From positions 1 through 64,000 of the forward strand of contig JAUCBJ010008380.1 in assembly GCA_032718475.1 (NCBI GenBank): 64,000 nt of DNA. The letters are read 5' to 3'. The notes under the pieces were generated by a model. The model was given only the letters and a program-made list of their open reading frames with translations, was not told where the DNA came from and ran no database searches. Below are positions 13,155 to 25,071 of this stretch, piece by piece. A program made the position numbers and the translations under genes. Source of the DNA: Nemertoderma westbladi (lineage: Eukaryota > Animalia > Xenacoelomorpha). How positions within the stretch are numbered: the first letter of the stretch is position 1; the number at the start of each line of letters is the position of its first letter.

Positions 13155-16100
13155 CTACAGTTGTTGTGGAGACATTCTTTCGTAAAGTGTCTTTGCCCCC
13201 ACGACTACTAGATTGTTTATTACTATCCTTGGTCGAGCTAGGCATGGTTGACCCCCAACTCTATCAGTATATCCAGGGTCACTCTCTAGAGGGATCAACA
13301 AATGAGATGAGCGCGTTGTTGTATGGCCACGTAGTTTAATTTCAACTGCACGTGGTGAACTATCTCGACTTAAGAATAAATGTGTAACGCGTGCTAAAGG
13401 CCATTGTCCTCGTGGAGCCTTCTCCTTGACTAATACAAGATCTCCAACCGAGGGCACACGCTTTGGATCATTGCCAACAGTTCTCCATGTACGTAATGAC
13501 GCAAGGTATCGTTCATGCCAGTGTTTCCAGAATATTCTGGCAAATCTATCACGAAGTAGAAGTTTGTTACGAATAACTTTAGAATCAACAGCAAAGTAAT
13601 CAAAAACATTATCAGTAGGTGGAGATCCATATAAAAAGTCACTAGGGCTTATAGCTGATGAATCATTTGGGTCGTCAGAAGAAGCAGTTAAAGGACGCAA
13701 ATTCATTACAGCTGCAGACTCTACTAGAGCTGCTTCCAACTGGGATCTCGTAAACTTACGACCATGACACGATATTCGCAAACATGTTTTGGCTAGTCGA
13801 ACTAGGCGCTCCCACCACCCACCCCAATGTGGGGATCTTGCTGGTATGAATTTCCATGTAACAAGGTGACTTGGGAATCTCATAGTTGACAATTTGGTGA
13901 ATGTTCGAGCATTATCTGAGTATAACTCAACAGGATACAAAGGTGGTATACATCGGGCTAAGAATTTTCGTATAGTAAGATGTGTATTGGCTGCGGAACC
14001 ATCATCAACCAACTCAAGATGTACAGCTCTTGTAGCTGCACATGTAAACAATAAACACTGAACCTTAGTGTTATTTTCTAAATACAAGGGTCCAAAAAAG
14101 TCAAGTCCAGATTTAGTAAATGGCGCTATTGGTTGACTTCTAAATGGCTGAAGATATGATTCTGAAGTATCATAAGGTTGAGCTCGGTAACGAAGACAAG
14201 GTTTGCAATTATAAATCAATTGACGTACCAACGACCTTCCATGAGGTATCCAATATTTTCTTCTAACCTGAGCTAAGGTTGCTTCAGCACCTTGATGCAG
14301 AATACAACTATGAATATCATATACAATAAGTTTAGTTAGGTAACTTCTACAAGGAAGTATAGGAAGTGGAGGCTCATTGGTACGAGGCTTCATCATAAGT
14401 AAATTATTCATAACTACTGGATGAAGGCACCAAATGGAGGAGCTCTGACTTAAATTGTTCGAATTAGAGTTCAGTGACTTGATTTCTTTTACATAATGGC
14501 GATGTTGTTCTATCGAAATAAGGTAGTTCAATGAATAACTATGTTCAGAACCAGACAAAGATCCTTTTGTCATTGATTTTGGATTCTTTATATTATGTAC
14601 AAATCGGAATATCCAGGCTAATATCCTAACAGGTTTATTAATGTTTGAATAATCCTCTAGCTTCAGTAAAGAACATTCTGACAATGGTTCTATGGCTTCA
14701 ATGGTTAAAAGTTGAGGAGGGGGTGTAGGCTCAATTGGCCATGATGACTCTGGATATCTGAGAAACTCAGGTCCATTCAAATATAAGTAATTTACTGCCA
14801 ACCTAGATAGGCTACACCCACGCGAAGGAATATCTGCGGGATTTTGGGTTGTGGAAACATAACGCCACATTGCTGATTCTGTATTTTTGTTTATTTCAGA
14901 GAGTCTATTATTTACAAAAATATCCTTTTTGGCTGAACCTTTGCGAATCCAGAATAAGGCACAAAGTGAATCAGTCCATAGATGCATCCTATAAGGTTTA
15001 CATATCTCCTTATTAATATGGTTGGCAAATCGACTACCCAGTAGGCAAGCCATAAGCTCAAGGCGGGGTGTTGAAAGACCTGGTTTGTGTGGGGCAGCTC
15101 TAGATTTCCCATAGAACAATATTGGTACTCTATTGGGGTGAGCTATATAGGCCAAAAATGCATAGGCAGAAGAAGAAGCATCACAGAATATGTGTATGGA
15201 ACAATCCTGAGAAAAGTAGACACAGCGTGGGAAATATATTACCATTCCAGCCTCTGCCAACCACTTTGACCATTGACATTGCAGAGGCTCTGAAACTGTC
15301 GCATTCCATCCTTCCCCAGATTCCCATGACTTCTGAAGAATTAGACGAATCACTATCGTCCAAGCACATAATAACCCAAGTGGATCAAATACCTGAGCAG
15401 ACATCTTTACCAACTCTCGGCGGGTAAAGCTAGTAGGTAATTTCAGATGAGATGTGTCAACAAATATTACATCTTGGGTTGAATCCCATGATACACCTAA
15501 TAATTTTTTAGGGTTAGTGACTGGTTTAAGTTTCATTCCAGCATTTGCCAACATAGAAATAGCATTTCTTAAGAAGTTTTCAGCCTGTAACTGATTATCA
15601 TGACTATAAAGTACATCATCACAATATATAGACTCAATAAAACGGTTCTGAAAATCTGGTTGATCTTGTTCTAAGACATGAAATAAAACAGTGGAATGTA
15701 ATAAAAAAGAACTAGGTGCTATACCAAAGGGTAAATATTTAAATTGATAGGCTTTACCATTCCACATTAATTTAACCCACTGTCTATCATCCTGATGGAT
15801 TTCGACCTGATGAAAGGCTGCCTCAATATCAGCAACTACCATATAAGGATGCAATCGAACTCGTAACAGAACATCAACCATTGATGCTAGGAGATTTGGA
15901 CCAGGGTCTAGGCACGAGTTTATACTTTCACCTTCAAAATTACACGCTGATCCATTAAACACAATACGGTACTTATTTGAACTGAAAACTAAATGGTGTG
16001 GAAGGAAAAATCCGACATCATTATCTGTTGCTGCTGGTTCAATTATAATCGAACTCGTAACAGAACATCAACCATTGATGCTAGGAGATTTGGACCAGGG

Positions 16101-16330
16101 TCTAGGCACGAGTTTATACTTTCACCTTCAAAATTACACGCTGATCCATTAAACACAATACGGTACTTATTTGAACTGAAAACTAAATGGTGTGGAAGGA
16201 AAAATCCGACATCATTATCTGTTGCTGCTGGTTCAATTATATTTTGGGAAATAAGCTTGGCAAACTTTTCATTATAAATACTACATTCATTGGAAGAAAG
16301 AGATAATAACATTTTCTTTTGTTGTGGCAT
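13155..16330 (-). pseudogene. BEL/Pao pol (RT, RNase H/Pao peptidase A17, integrase, DUF5641)
   Basis: ADIEAAFHQ, LPFG, YCDD, FDPLG, FCDAS..AY, PRLEL, WTDS, H-H-C-C, DFFGP, SDNA, WGGWWERLV. Disrupted by a 194-bp tandem duplication at 15853-16240. Confidence 0.93.
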
Positions 16331-18592
16331 TACCCTGTTAAATTAGAGGATGGTCGTTTATTACACTTAAATGGTAATCTTACTTGATAATGTGGAGGAT
16401 TCTCAGTAGAGACCACAGGTGGAGGATAAGGTGCACAGTTAACTTCCTGTTCTTTGATTCCAACTGACTCCAGATTCCAAAGTTGAGTGACTGACTCCAG
16501 GTTCCAAGGTTGTATCACATTGCTTGGTTCAGTTATTAACAAAGATGGATAAATGCTGTTAATATTAGAAACAGAACCGAAGAATGGACCAGAAAGAACT
16601 GTGCCAAAAATGTTTCAACAACTGTTGGACATTTCGGATACTTATAGGCTTCACCAGTAACGGACCAGATCTGATCAGCTCCTATAAGTATGGAAATATC
16701 CCTCTCACCTCCATCAAAATCATCAGCAAAGTTTGCAATATTGGTAAGATGGTGAGGGAATTTAATAACCTTCTCTTGTCTCATTGTCGGACAGAGTTTA
16801 TTAGCAGTCCATGCACTGCACTTAGACATATTGGTTGTTCATGATACTGGCTGAAAAGCTTGAAACTAACATGGTTTGATTCAATGGTGGAAATATTGTT
16901 TCCAAATGACCCAGTTGTTAGTATTGATGATTCTAAAGAAGGAAGTAATAAGTCTGCAGCTAAACTGGATTGGATATAGGATCGTTTTGACCCAGCATCT
17001 AAATAGATATGAACCCATTTCCCAATAGAATGATCAGGAGAGGTTATATATGCCTTGGCTAACTTAACAAAAATAATACCATCTGCATTAGACTGCATCA
17101 CATTACTAACTGATAATGTATTTGAGGGTTGCATACTTTGACGGTTACTTTGGTTATTACCAACTGCAGATTTTGTCATTTCTGAGTTAGTTGTATTAGT
17201 TGAGTGAGTAAAGGGATTTGATGGTCGAAAGGGATTGGATGTGTGACTTAAAGGCTTACTTCCATTTACACCCTTTGAATTAGTTGGCCAGGAATTTTGA
17301 GAAGTCCTGGGGAACTTATTGTAGCATAGCAGAGTATTATGTCGACCATTACATTTAAAGCAATTTGTACTGGATGGGCATTCATTGAATCGGTGCGGAC
17401 CTGTACAATTTTTACATAAATTAGAAGATTGTACAAGTTTGGCTCTCTGAAATGGTTCACGGGAAATAAAATTAGGGCAAGTTCTAAGTTTATGCATCGG
17501 GTCTTGAGAATGACAAGCTGGACATCCTGTAATAGGTTTCCTACCAGAAACATCTGATATTGGTAAGGCAGATGCAGATGCAGTGGAACTCTTAGGCCTA
17601 TGGTAATAAGGCACAGTAGATGACTCACTGTTACAGCTCTTGATATTAAAAGCAAGTGATTCACGGAACTCCAACTCCTGTCGCACAAACTCTAATAAAG
17701 CCTTTAAATTAAATCTCTTATGAGAATGCATACGATTCCACACCAATACCACTTCACTAGGTAATTTTTGGAGAAGTAATGGTGCTAACAATAAGGAGGC
17801 TAAATCATTAGAGGCCTCAATAGTGACAGCTTCTGCTGCTGGTTCTTCTGGTGAAGTAAAAATTTCAGTGGCCAATTGGCGAATTTCCCGAAGGGATGAT
17901 TCAAATGTATCCATAATTTTTCGAAACCCATTTAAATCATTTTCTTTAATAGAAGGTAATGCACACAGCTTACTAGCATATAAACCAATTAACAGGTTAG
18001 GGTTCCCATAACGCCTTTTTAGAATGTTAATAGCTGCTTCATAATTAGTAGATGAAACTGCAAGGCCTGATAAAGATTCCAAAACTGATTTATCTAAACT
18101 ACTGCGAAGGTATACAAACTTTTGTATATCATCCAACCCTTCTCGAGTGTGAATTAAAGCTTTAAACTGATCCCAAAAGGGCCTCCAGCATAAAAATTCC
18201 CCATTAAAAGTAGGTAAGGTTATTTTAGGTAAACCACTGGTTGGATTTTTAAATCTAGATGAGGAGCTCTCTTCACTCTCATGGCATGACTGAGCAGCCA
18301 GAAATGGTTTATTGTCAACACGTGACAACATTCGACGGCACTTAAAAATAACTTTATATAAATCCTGGTTATGGGTTGATTTACTTGTATCTTTGTAACC
18401 CAACTCAATAAGTTCTGAGTCTAGTTGATTTAATATCTGGTATTGCTGGTCAGCTAAATCTATATAATAAGCAAATTCATCTGATTCTACTTCATTTTCA
18501 TTCATATTTCTAAAGTGCTCCAAATCTGCTATTAATTTGGTAGACTTACCTCTCTCTGCAGTGCGTCGACCTTATATTTCATCTACTTCCAT
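16330..18592 (-). pseudogene. BEL/Pao gag (DUF1759, zinc knuckles) and aspartic protease, frameshifted
   Basis: LPKITLPTFNG..WRPFWDQF..IH, KFVYLRSSL, Cys/His knuckles, YLDAGSKRSYI, ILIGAD. Early stop after MEVDEI and frameshifts near 16.8, 16.55 and 16.33 kb. Confidence 0.9.
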
Positions 18593-20390
18593 ATTTATAT
18601 ATTATATTATTAAACAAATCCGACTAAGCGAATAGCCCAACTGAATAGGTATATCGAAATGGAGAAATGTGTATACTCATAGGCCTATCCACAATGTACT
18701 GGTTGCGGTCCTTCCAGCCATCAAAACATCCACATGTAGGCCAGTAAAACCGGTAGGCAGGTTGATAAATATATTGTTGGTACCGGTACCTGTCAGCCTG
18801 TATACATACAGGTACAGAGGTATGCAAAATAATATAATAATGTAAACGGGCTGGCTCCTAAACAGGCACAGTATGGCCCCCACGGCAACAGGTATAGGTA
18901 TGTGTACTGATACAGCGGAAGGGCTGAAGGGTGGTCCTTTTAATTACCGGTACTGAATTAATATAGGCAACAGCTGAACAGGCAGACAGGCCCAAATTAT
19001 CTGCAGGAATAGTGGTCTCGGTTCTGGCTAATAACCGGTCAACCGGCAGAAGAGTTGCAACAAAGGCTGAAATGGCGTACCAGTACAGGTATGCAGGTAG
19101 ACTAGGCTTTATTAATTGTGTTAGGCAATTAGGTTAGGTTAAATATAAACCAAGAAGTAACAACACTCATTCATATTCTGATATTGCAGTATTGATAGGC
19201 AGATAGGCGATTAGTGTACCAACAGCTGGTAGAACAGCAGAATGTACCAAAGAAACAACGTCCTTTATCCGGTTCGAAGATTGTGTAAGACTTTAATCAT
19301 TAATAGGGTTTTGCAATCAAGGCGTACTATATACAAGGCCAAATATAAAGCGCAGACATAGTTGGTTAATAATAGGAATATTTAATTATTAATATTGCAT
19401 TATCCAGTTATCAGTCGATACAACACACTTCACGTCGAACCCACCACCTTATACTGGTATAGCAACTTAAAATATACAAGTGCAGCACGGTACGCTAGGC
19501 CTATGTAATAGCTGAAAGCTACTAACAGCAATAAACTGCACCGAATGGGAAAAACACAAAGCATTGTAAGAGAGTGTTGTAAATCACATTACATAAATGG
19601 ATAACGTACTATACACTCTCCCTCCCGGAGGTGTAACCTCTGACCCCCGCTGTGTGTGTGTCCCTTTGGGGTTTGTCGCCCCGCTTATTGGGGTGATACA
19701 AGGTTGATTGGTAATCAACCTTGTACTCCCAATATTGCTTAAGGGTCTCGCTGGCCCAACTTTATGGGGGTTGGTGAGGCGGAATTGAATACGCTCACAC
19801 TCCCCCCCATGCTATCTTCCCGGTGAGAAGATAGCATCAACCTCTAAGTGCGCTTCAATTCCGCTGGAACTCGATCTACTATCGGGTGTGGGGTGGAGTT
19901 ATTTTTTCTTGGAGTCGGCTTTCCAGGCCGCTCCCTATGGGTATGATGTCACTACCCTCTGGCGTCTCGTGTCGGGCCGATCGTGGACTCTCACACAATT
20001 TTTGTTTCCCCAACACTCTCACCACTCTAACTCCGCTCTAACTCCGCTCTTACTCTCTCCCCACACCTGAATCGCACTCTCCTGCACTCTTTCTCGCCAG
20101 CAGCTCCTCTCCATACTCCTCTACTCTCTATCACTCTCTAAGGCCCTAATCTCTAATGCTACCCCTGTGCTATCATATTATCTACCTTACTACTTACTTG
20201 CTAACTATCTAACTCTCCTACTCTCTACTAACTCTCCGACTCTAACTAGCTCTACTAAGTCTACTAACTCTTACTACTTCTAGCTCTAACTAAAAACCTC
20301 TAACTTCTACTAACTCTAACTAGAACTCTCTAACTCTCTACTAATTCTAACTCTACTGCTACCTCTAACTCTACTACCACCTCTATCTTC

Positions 20391-20660
20391 GTGGCGCTTG
20401 CGGTGCCCACAACCACCTCTGCTACTACCTCCATCTACGTGGCGCTTGCGGTGCCCACAACCACTCTACTACTACCTCCATCTACGTGGCGCTTGCGGTG
20501 CCCACAACCACTCTACTACTACCTCTACGTGGCGCTTCGTGCCCACAACCTCTCTCTACTACCTCTATCTACGTGGCGCTTGCGGTGCCCACAACCACTC
20601 TCTGCTACTACTTTCTACGTGGCGCTTCCGGTGCCCACAACCCCTCTACTACTCGTGGCA
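20391..20660. repeat. Six copies of GTGGCGC-loop-GTGCCCACAA with ~25-bp CT-rich linkers, in the 3'UTR of element 1
   Basis: Copies at ~20391, 20439, 20486, 20529, 20573, 20619. Confidence 0.9.
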
Positions 20661-21216
20661 TGTTAATATGCCACACTCCCTATACCCCGCCGCCTTCTAA
20701 CTTACTAACTTCTAACTACTCTACTACTCTTCTACTAACTTCTGACTTCTACTTACTTACTTTATCTAACTTTCTACTTATTTTATTATTTAATTATTTT
20801 TATTATTTATTTTTAATTAAATAATTAATTTTGTGGGAAGGGCGTCTCGCCCTCATTCCCACCCCCCTCAGTCCAAATATTGGACGACTAAACTCTAACT
20901 CCCCTCGATCTTCCATCGATTCTTCCATGAGGCACTCTCCCACTGCCCCCTGTAGCGTCCTCTTATCTTCGACCCACTCTCCTCGCCAATTCCAACTCAC
21001 CAGGAATTGGTTCTCCCTCTTCCGCCACCCTAAATCGGGTCTCTCCGCCGCCTTCTTAACTTCCTGATCTCCTGGCAGCAGAATGCCACCCTTCATTGGT
21101 CTCCCGGCGGCAGAATGAAAGAAATCGGAAGAATAGATAGAACAGGACGAACAATAGTAATCCTACCCCTCTCCATCCTGTCTTCTTACTCGACCTCCCC
21201 CTTGTCGGTATGCCTC

Positions 21217-23295
21217 TCAACCGGACCGGCGTCTCTTCCGGACACTCTCTGAACACTCCTCCGGACACTCCTCCGGACTATTGTCCTCCTGACACTCCAC
21301 CGGACACTCCTCCGGTTTGTCCTCCGGACATCTCGCCGTCCGCTCCTCTCCATCTCCATACCGATACTTGCTGGGAAATCCATTCTCCTCCGCCCACTCT
21401 CTTACTTCTACTTCCCCATCTGGCTTATCTACCGTTTCTGGTCTCTCTTCTGCGTCCTCTGCGTCTACGGTGCCTGGTAACATGCACCCTGATGTCTCCG
21501 TCACTCTGGATGGAATCTTGGTTTTAACTGGGCCGCTAAGCGTCCATCCGAACGGCGTGAGGATCGCCGTCGGGTCCCGCTGCCTGTCTTCGCCGAAGAC
21601 CGTCTGTGTTCTCTCGTGGGCCGTCGGGCAGTCCATTCCTACTATAATGGATACCTTCCTAACGTCCACCTCTGGTATTGAGAAATCGATACCGTCCAGG
21701 AATGTATATTGTTCGACTTCGATGTTGGTTGGTCGCCTGGCGTTGATATTTATCGATTCTATCACGTGGATGGGGTCGATGGTCGCCCCATAGTCGCATC
21801 CCGGTGCAATCGCTGATATCCTGCACCGTCCCGTCCTCATCTCCAGGACCTCATCTTTACTTGAGACGGTAGTTACCGCCATTCTATTCGGCCTCGTCTT
21901 TAGCCCTATCTCTTCGGCCACCCAGTTCTCCACCAGCGTGAAGGCTGCTCCGCTGTCGACCAGCATTAATGTCGTTACTGATCGACCGCCCTCTCCTGAT
22001 ATCTTCACTGGTACTACCCCGAGTAGTACTTTTCTCTTCTTTCTTGCCACTGTCGTGCTTGTAGCCATTGTTTGGCCTCCAGTCTCGTACTCTCTCGCTG
22101 TTTCTCTACACTCTCCGGATCTGTGTCCTTCTACCACACATCGATGACATAGTCCGTTTGCGTCTGTGTAGGCTATACGATCTTGTTTGGGCAACGCTTG
22201 CCAGTGCTTACAACTCATGGTCTTATGGGTTCCGTCCCGATGTAATTGACATTCGAATCCTGGATTATAGCGTTCCCTATATAGTCCTTCACGTATCGCG
22301 CGTAGGTTTATATCTACCGATTTAGTGTTTTGGTTATCTGTACTCGGCCTACTGGGTATGTTGGGATTATGTTTATTTATGGTGTTATTTTCTTTCTGTC
22401 CCTGCCACGGTGTGGCCCTACTCCCAGCTAACTGTGGGCTTGTAGCCCCCTGTGTGGCCGCGTGTGGTAGCGACTGTCTTACTCTCGAGAATGGATCTGT
22501 CGGATTATGTTCGGGTCTAGGCCTGTTGTATTCGGTCTTTGGCGCCTTCCCCAAACTATCCTCACTATAGACTGGGTCTGTAATTAATTCGGCTTCATAG
22601 TTTAGGAAGCTCGACATTTCTTCTAGGCCCGGTTCCGCACCTTTCTTCTCCCGAGTGGAGAAGGCGATCTTCCTCCACTTGCTCCGCAGCCAGATCGGCA
22701 GTGCCTGCGCTATCGTGGTGATGTTATTAGATGCGTTGAGTTCGTATGGCGCGTCTAGCGTCTTTAACACGATTAACGCCTTCTCGACCTTGTTCGCAAA
22801 GGTCTTTATGCTAACGGGGTTATCCTGTAGGCCACCCGATGTTATACCTCTCAGGGTTTGCCGGATGATCTTGGCTGGGTGTCCGTATTCCCTGTCTAGC
22901 GCCCGCCATGCTGTCGTGAAGCCGCCCTCGATGCCCTGGTACTGCCTCACGATGTCGTATGCTGGGCCTCCTGTATACACCTGTAGATATTTTAGGCACT
23001 CCGCCTGCGTCAAGTTCTTACTTAATATCTCGTTACTGTACATGCGCCGAAACTGCAGGTATTCTTCCGGCCTACTTCCGTCGAATTTAAATGGCTCGAC
23101 TGGTGGTAACTCGATCCTGGTCTTTAATGCATCGATTAGCGTCGCCATTCCCATCGCCTGTGCTTCCAATGGGTTCGATGGATGCTGTACAGATTCTCCT
23201 GTTGGGTGCGGTCCGTTCGTCCTATCTGTTGATCTACTTGTTGCGTCGGATATATCATTGGGGGTAACGGCCCCCTCCATATTTCCGTGTCGCAC
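21217..23295 (-). CDS. BEL/Pao gag-protease of element 1
   Basis: KFDG.RPEEY..F, LKYL..YTGGPA, YGHP, LPIWLRSKW, C-x2-H..H-x4-C and C-x2-C-x4-H-x4-C knuckles, LVDSGA, IIVGMD, TPFGWTLSGP. Then low-complexity PEEC repeats instead of RT. Confidence 0.88.
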   Translation of the reverse strand: MRHGNMEGAVTPNDISDATSRSTDRTNGPHPTGESVQHPSNPLEAQAMGMATLIDALKTRIELPPVEPFKFDGSRPEEYLQFRRMYSNEILSKNLTQAECLKYLQVYTGGPAYDIVRQYQGIEGGFTTAWRALDREYGHPAKIIRQTLRGITSGGLQDNPVSIKTFANKVEKALIVLKTLDAPYELNASNNITTIAQALPIWLRSKWRKIAFSTREKKGAEPGLEEMSSFLNYEAELITDPVYSEDSLGKAPKTEYNRPRPEHNPTDPFSRVRQSLPHAATQGATSPQLAGSRATPWQGQKENNTINKHNPNIPSRPSTDNQNTKSVDINLRAIREGLYRERYNPGFECQLHRDGTHKTMSCKHWQALPKQDRIAYTDANGLCHRCVVEGHRSGECRETAREYETGGQTMATSTTVARKKRKVLLGVVPVKISGEGGRSVTTLMLVDSGAAFTLVENWVAEEIGLKTRPNRMAVTTVSSKDEVLEMRTGRCRISAIAPGCDYGATIDPIHVIESININARRPTNIEVEQYTFLDGIDFSIPEVDVRKVSIIVGMDCPTAHERTQTVFGEDRQRDPTAILTPFGWTLSGPVKTKIPSRVTETSGCMLPGTVDAEDAEERPETVDKPDGEVEVREWAEENGFPSKYRYGDGEERTARCPEDKPEECPVECQEDNSPEECPEECSESVRKRRRSG

Positions 23296-24234
23296 GACCT
23301 GTTCTCGTCCAGGGGGTTCGATGTTCTTATTGCTGTTCGAGTATATTGTTGATATTGTAATGGGGGAATGTCACCCTGTCCCCCCCCCCCCCCCCCACCG
23401 GTATGTTTGGTACTGGGGTTGATGTTAATATATTGGGGCCCATACATCTATCTGCAATAACTCTCCCCTCCCCTGGATATATGTTATGTCCCTGTGTATT
23501 ATAGTCATGCTGCTGTACCGGTACCGATATAGGCCTATCTACTTCTTGCCTACCTACCGGTATGTACTCCGCGACTTCCGGGTTTAATCCCGTCGTCCGC
23601 GCTACCCTATCGCCTACTCTATCTCTCCCAGCATGGCCTATAATAGTATGTGCAGTAAGGCCTACAGTATGTCCTGCAGTCTGCATGTGCCCTTCCGAAC
23701 CGAAGTTTAATTCTCGCGAATCTCGAATCTCCCCGCGACTACCGTACTCTCGATCGGCAGCTATATCCCGTCGGGAAGTTTCTCTTCGATCCCCTCTCCT
23801 GTTCTCGTCTTCGTATCGGTACGTCCTGTACCCCTCTCTTGGCGTGCGGTGCGTTTCTCCGGGGCGACGGCAATCTCCCGAAGTTCGACCCCACTGACTC
23901 CCTAACTCCATCTCTACTATCGACGGCTCGCTATCCGTCCTCGCTCTCCGGTTGCTCCTAGCAACGACTCTTCTATTATCTTCACTTCTTCTCTCTTCGA
24001 CCTCTCCGATTAAACTCTACTAATCTTCTTCTATCTTCGACCTCTCGGTTAAACTCTACTAATCTTCTTCTCTCTTCTGACTCGACATCTTCTCGCTCGC
24101 CCACTCTCGGCGCTAACATCTGACTCTACTCTGTCCGGTTGGACCTTCCTGGGGATACTCGCCATCCCCCTACTATTCTCCGTCGTCGGGTGCCGCGGTT
24201 CACCTAACTTGCCCCGCGCATTATCCGCCGACGC

Positions 24235-24830
24235 CTGTGGGACACTCTCTGCCCCCCCTCTCTCGCTACTAATCTCTCGTGGTGGGGCGCCCGTAGCCCC
24301 CCCCCCCCCCACCCGCCACTTCTAACTTCACTATCTCTTACTACACTTCTGCGTCCCTCTTGTCGGACATTCTCTACCCCCCTTCTCTCGCCACTAATCT
24401 TCCGTGGTGGGGCGCCCGTAGCCCCCCCCCCCCCCCCCCACCCGCTACTTCTAACTTCACTATCTCTTACTACACTTCTGCTCCCCTCTTGTGGGGCATT
24501 CTCTCCCCCCCCTCTCTCGCCACTAATCTTCCGTGGTGGGGCGCCCGTAGCCCCCCCCCCCCCCCCCCCACTCGCCACATCTAACTTCACTATCTCTTAC
24601 TTCACTTCTACACCCCTCTCTAGTCGACGCACTAACTCTACTGCGGCTGGGTCTATTCACCCCCGCCTCTTCCTCTACTACTGCGTGGCCTACCAGGCCC
24701 ACCTCGGGTTGACTCAACCCCGCTACTTCCTGCCTACTAACTACGTGGCCTACCAGGCCCTCATTGGGTTGACTCAACCCCGCCACTTCCTGCCTACTAA
24801 CTCCGTGGCCTACCAGGCCCTCATTTGCCG
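24235..24830. repeat. Internal tandem repeats of element 1 (~125-bp x3 with C-runs; 60-bp x3)
   Basis: gtggtggggcgcccgtag(c)n at ~24279, 24404, 24533; gtggcctaccaggccc at 24685, 24745, 24805. Confidence 0.85.
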
Positions 24831-25071
24831 GGCTATGCACGTCCGTCACGCTCATATTAATAGCACCATTACCAGTATTATTTGTTAAATCGATTAAATC
24901 CTCCAGATCAATTAAATTATTAGAATTTGAAACGGGTTTATTATTTAAATTATTTTGTGTATTTAGATTTAAATTATTTGAATTATTTTGCGTAATTATA
25001 TTTGAATTAATATTATTATTTGGATTTAAATTTAAATTACTACTACCATGTAAAATATCTACTACGGTACC

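Larger units (their letters stand above)
12642..19615 (-). mobile_element. BEL/Pao LTR element 2 nested in the 3' LTR of element 1
   Basis: 334-bp LTRs at 12642-12975 and 19282-19615 (TG...CA, identical by eye). TSD CTCTC; PPT at 12976-12982; tRNA-Tyr-like PBS remnant tcttcgaaccggat. Confidence 0.96.

Noticed and set aside
20391-20660. CRISPR-like array (palindromic repeat plus spacers)
   Set aside because: Spacers are near-copies of each other, there are no cas genes, and it lies in an LTR element 3'UTR in eukaryotic DNA.
21210-24888. Plus-strand ORFs antisense to gag and ORFs in minisatellites (e.g. 22655-23422, 32755-32991)
   Set aside because: Shadow frames of real ORFs or of simple repeats, with no independent motifs.
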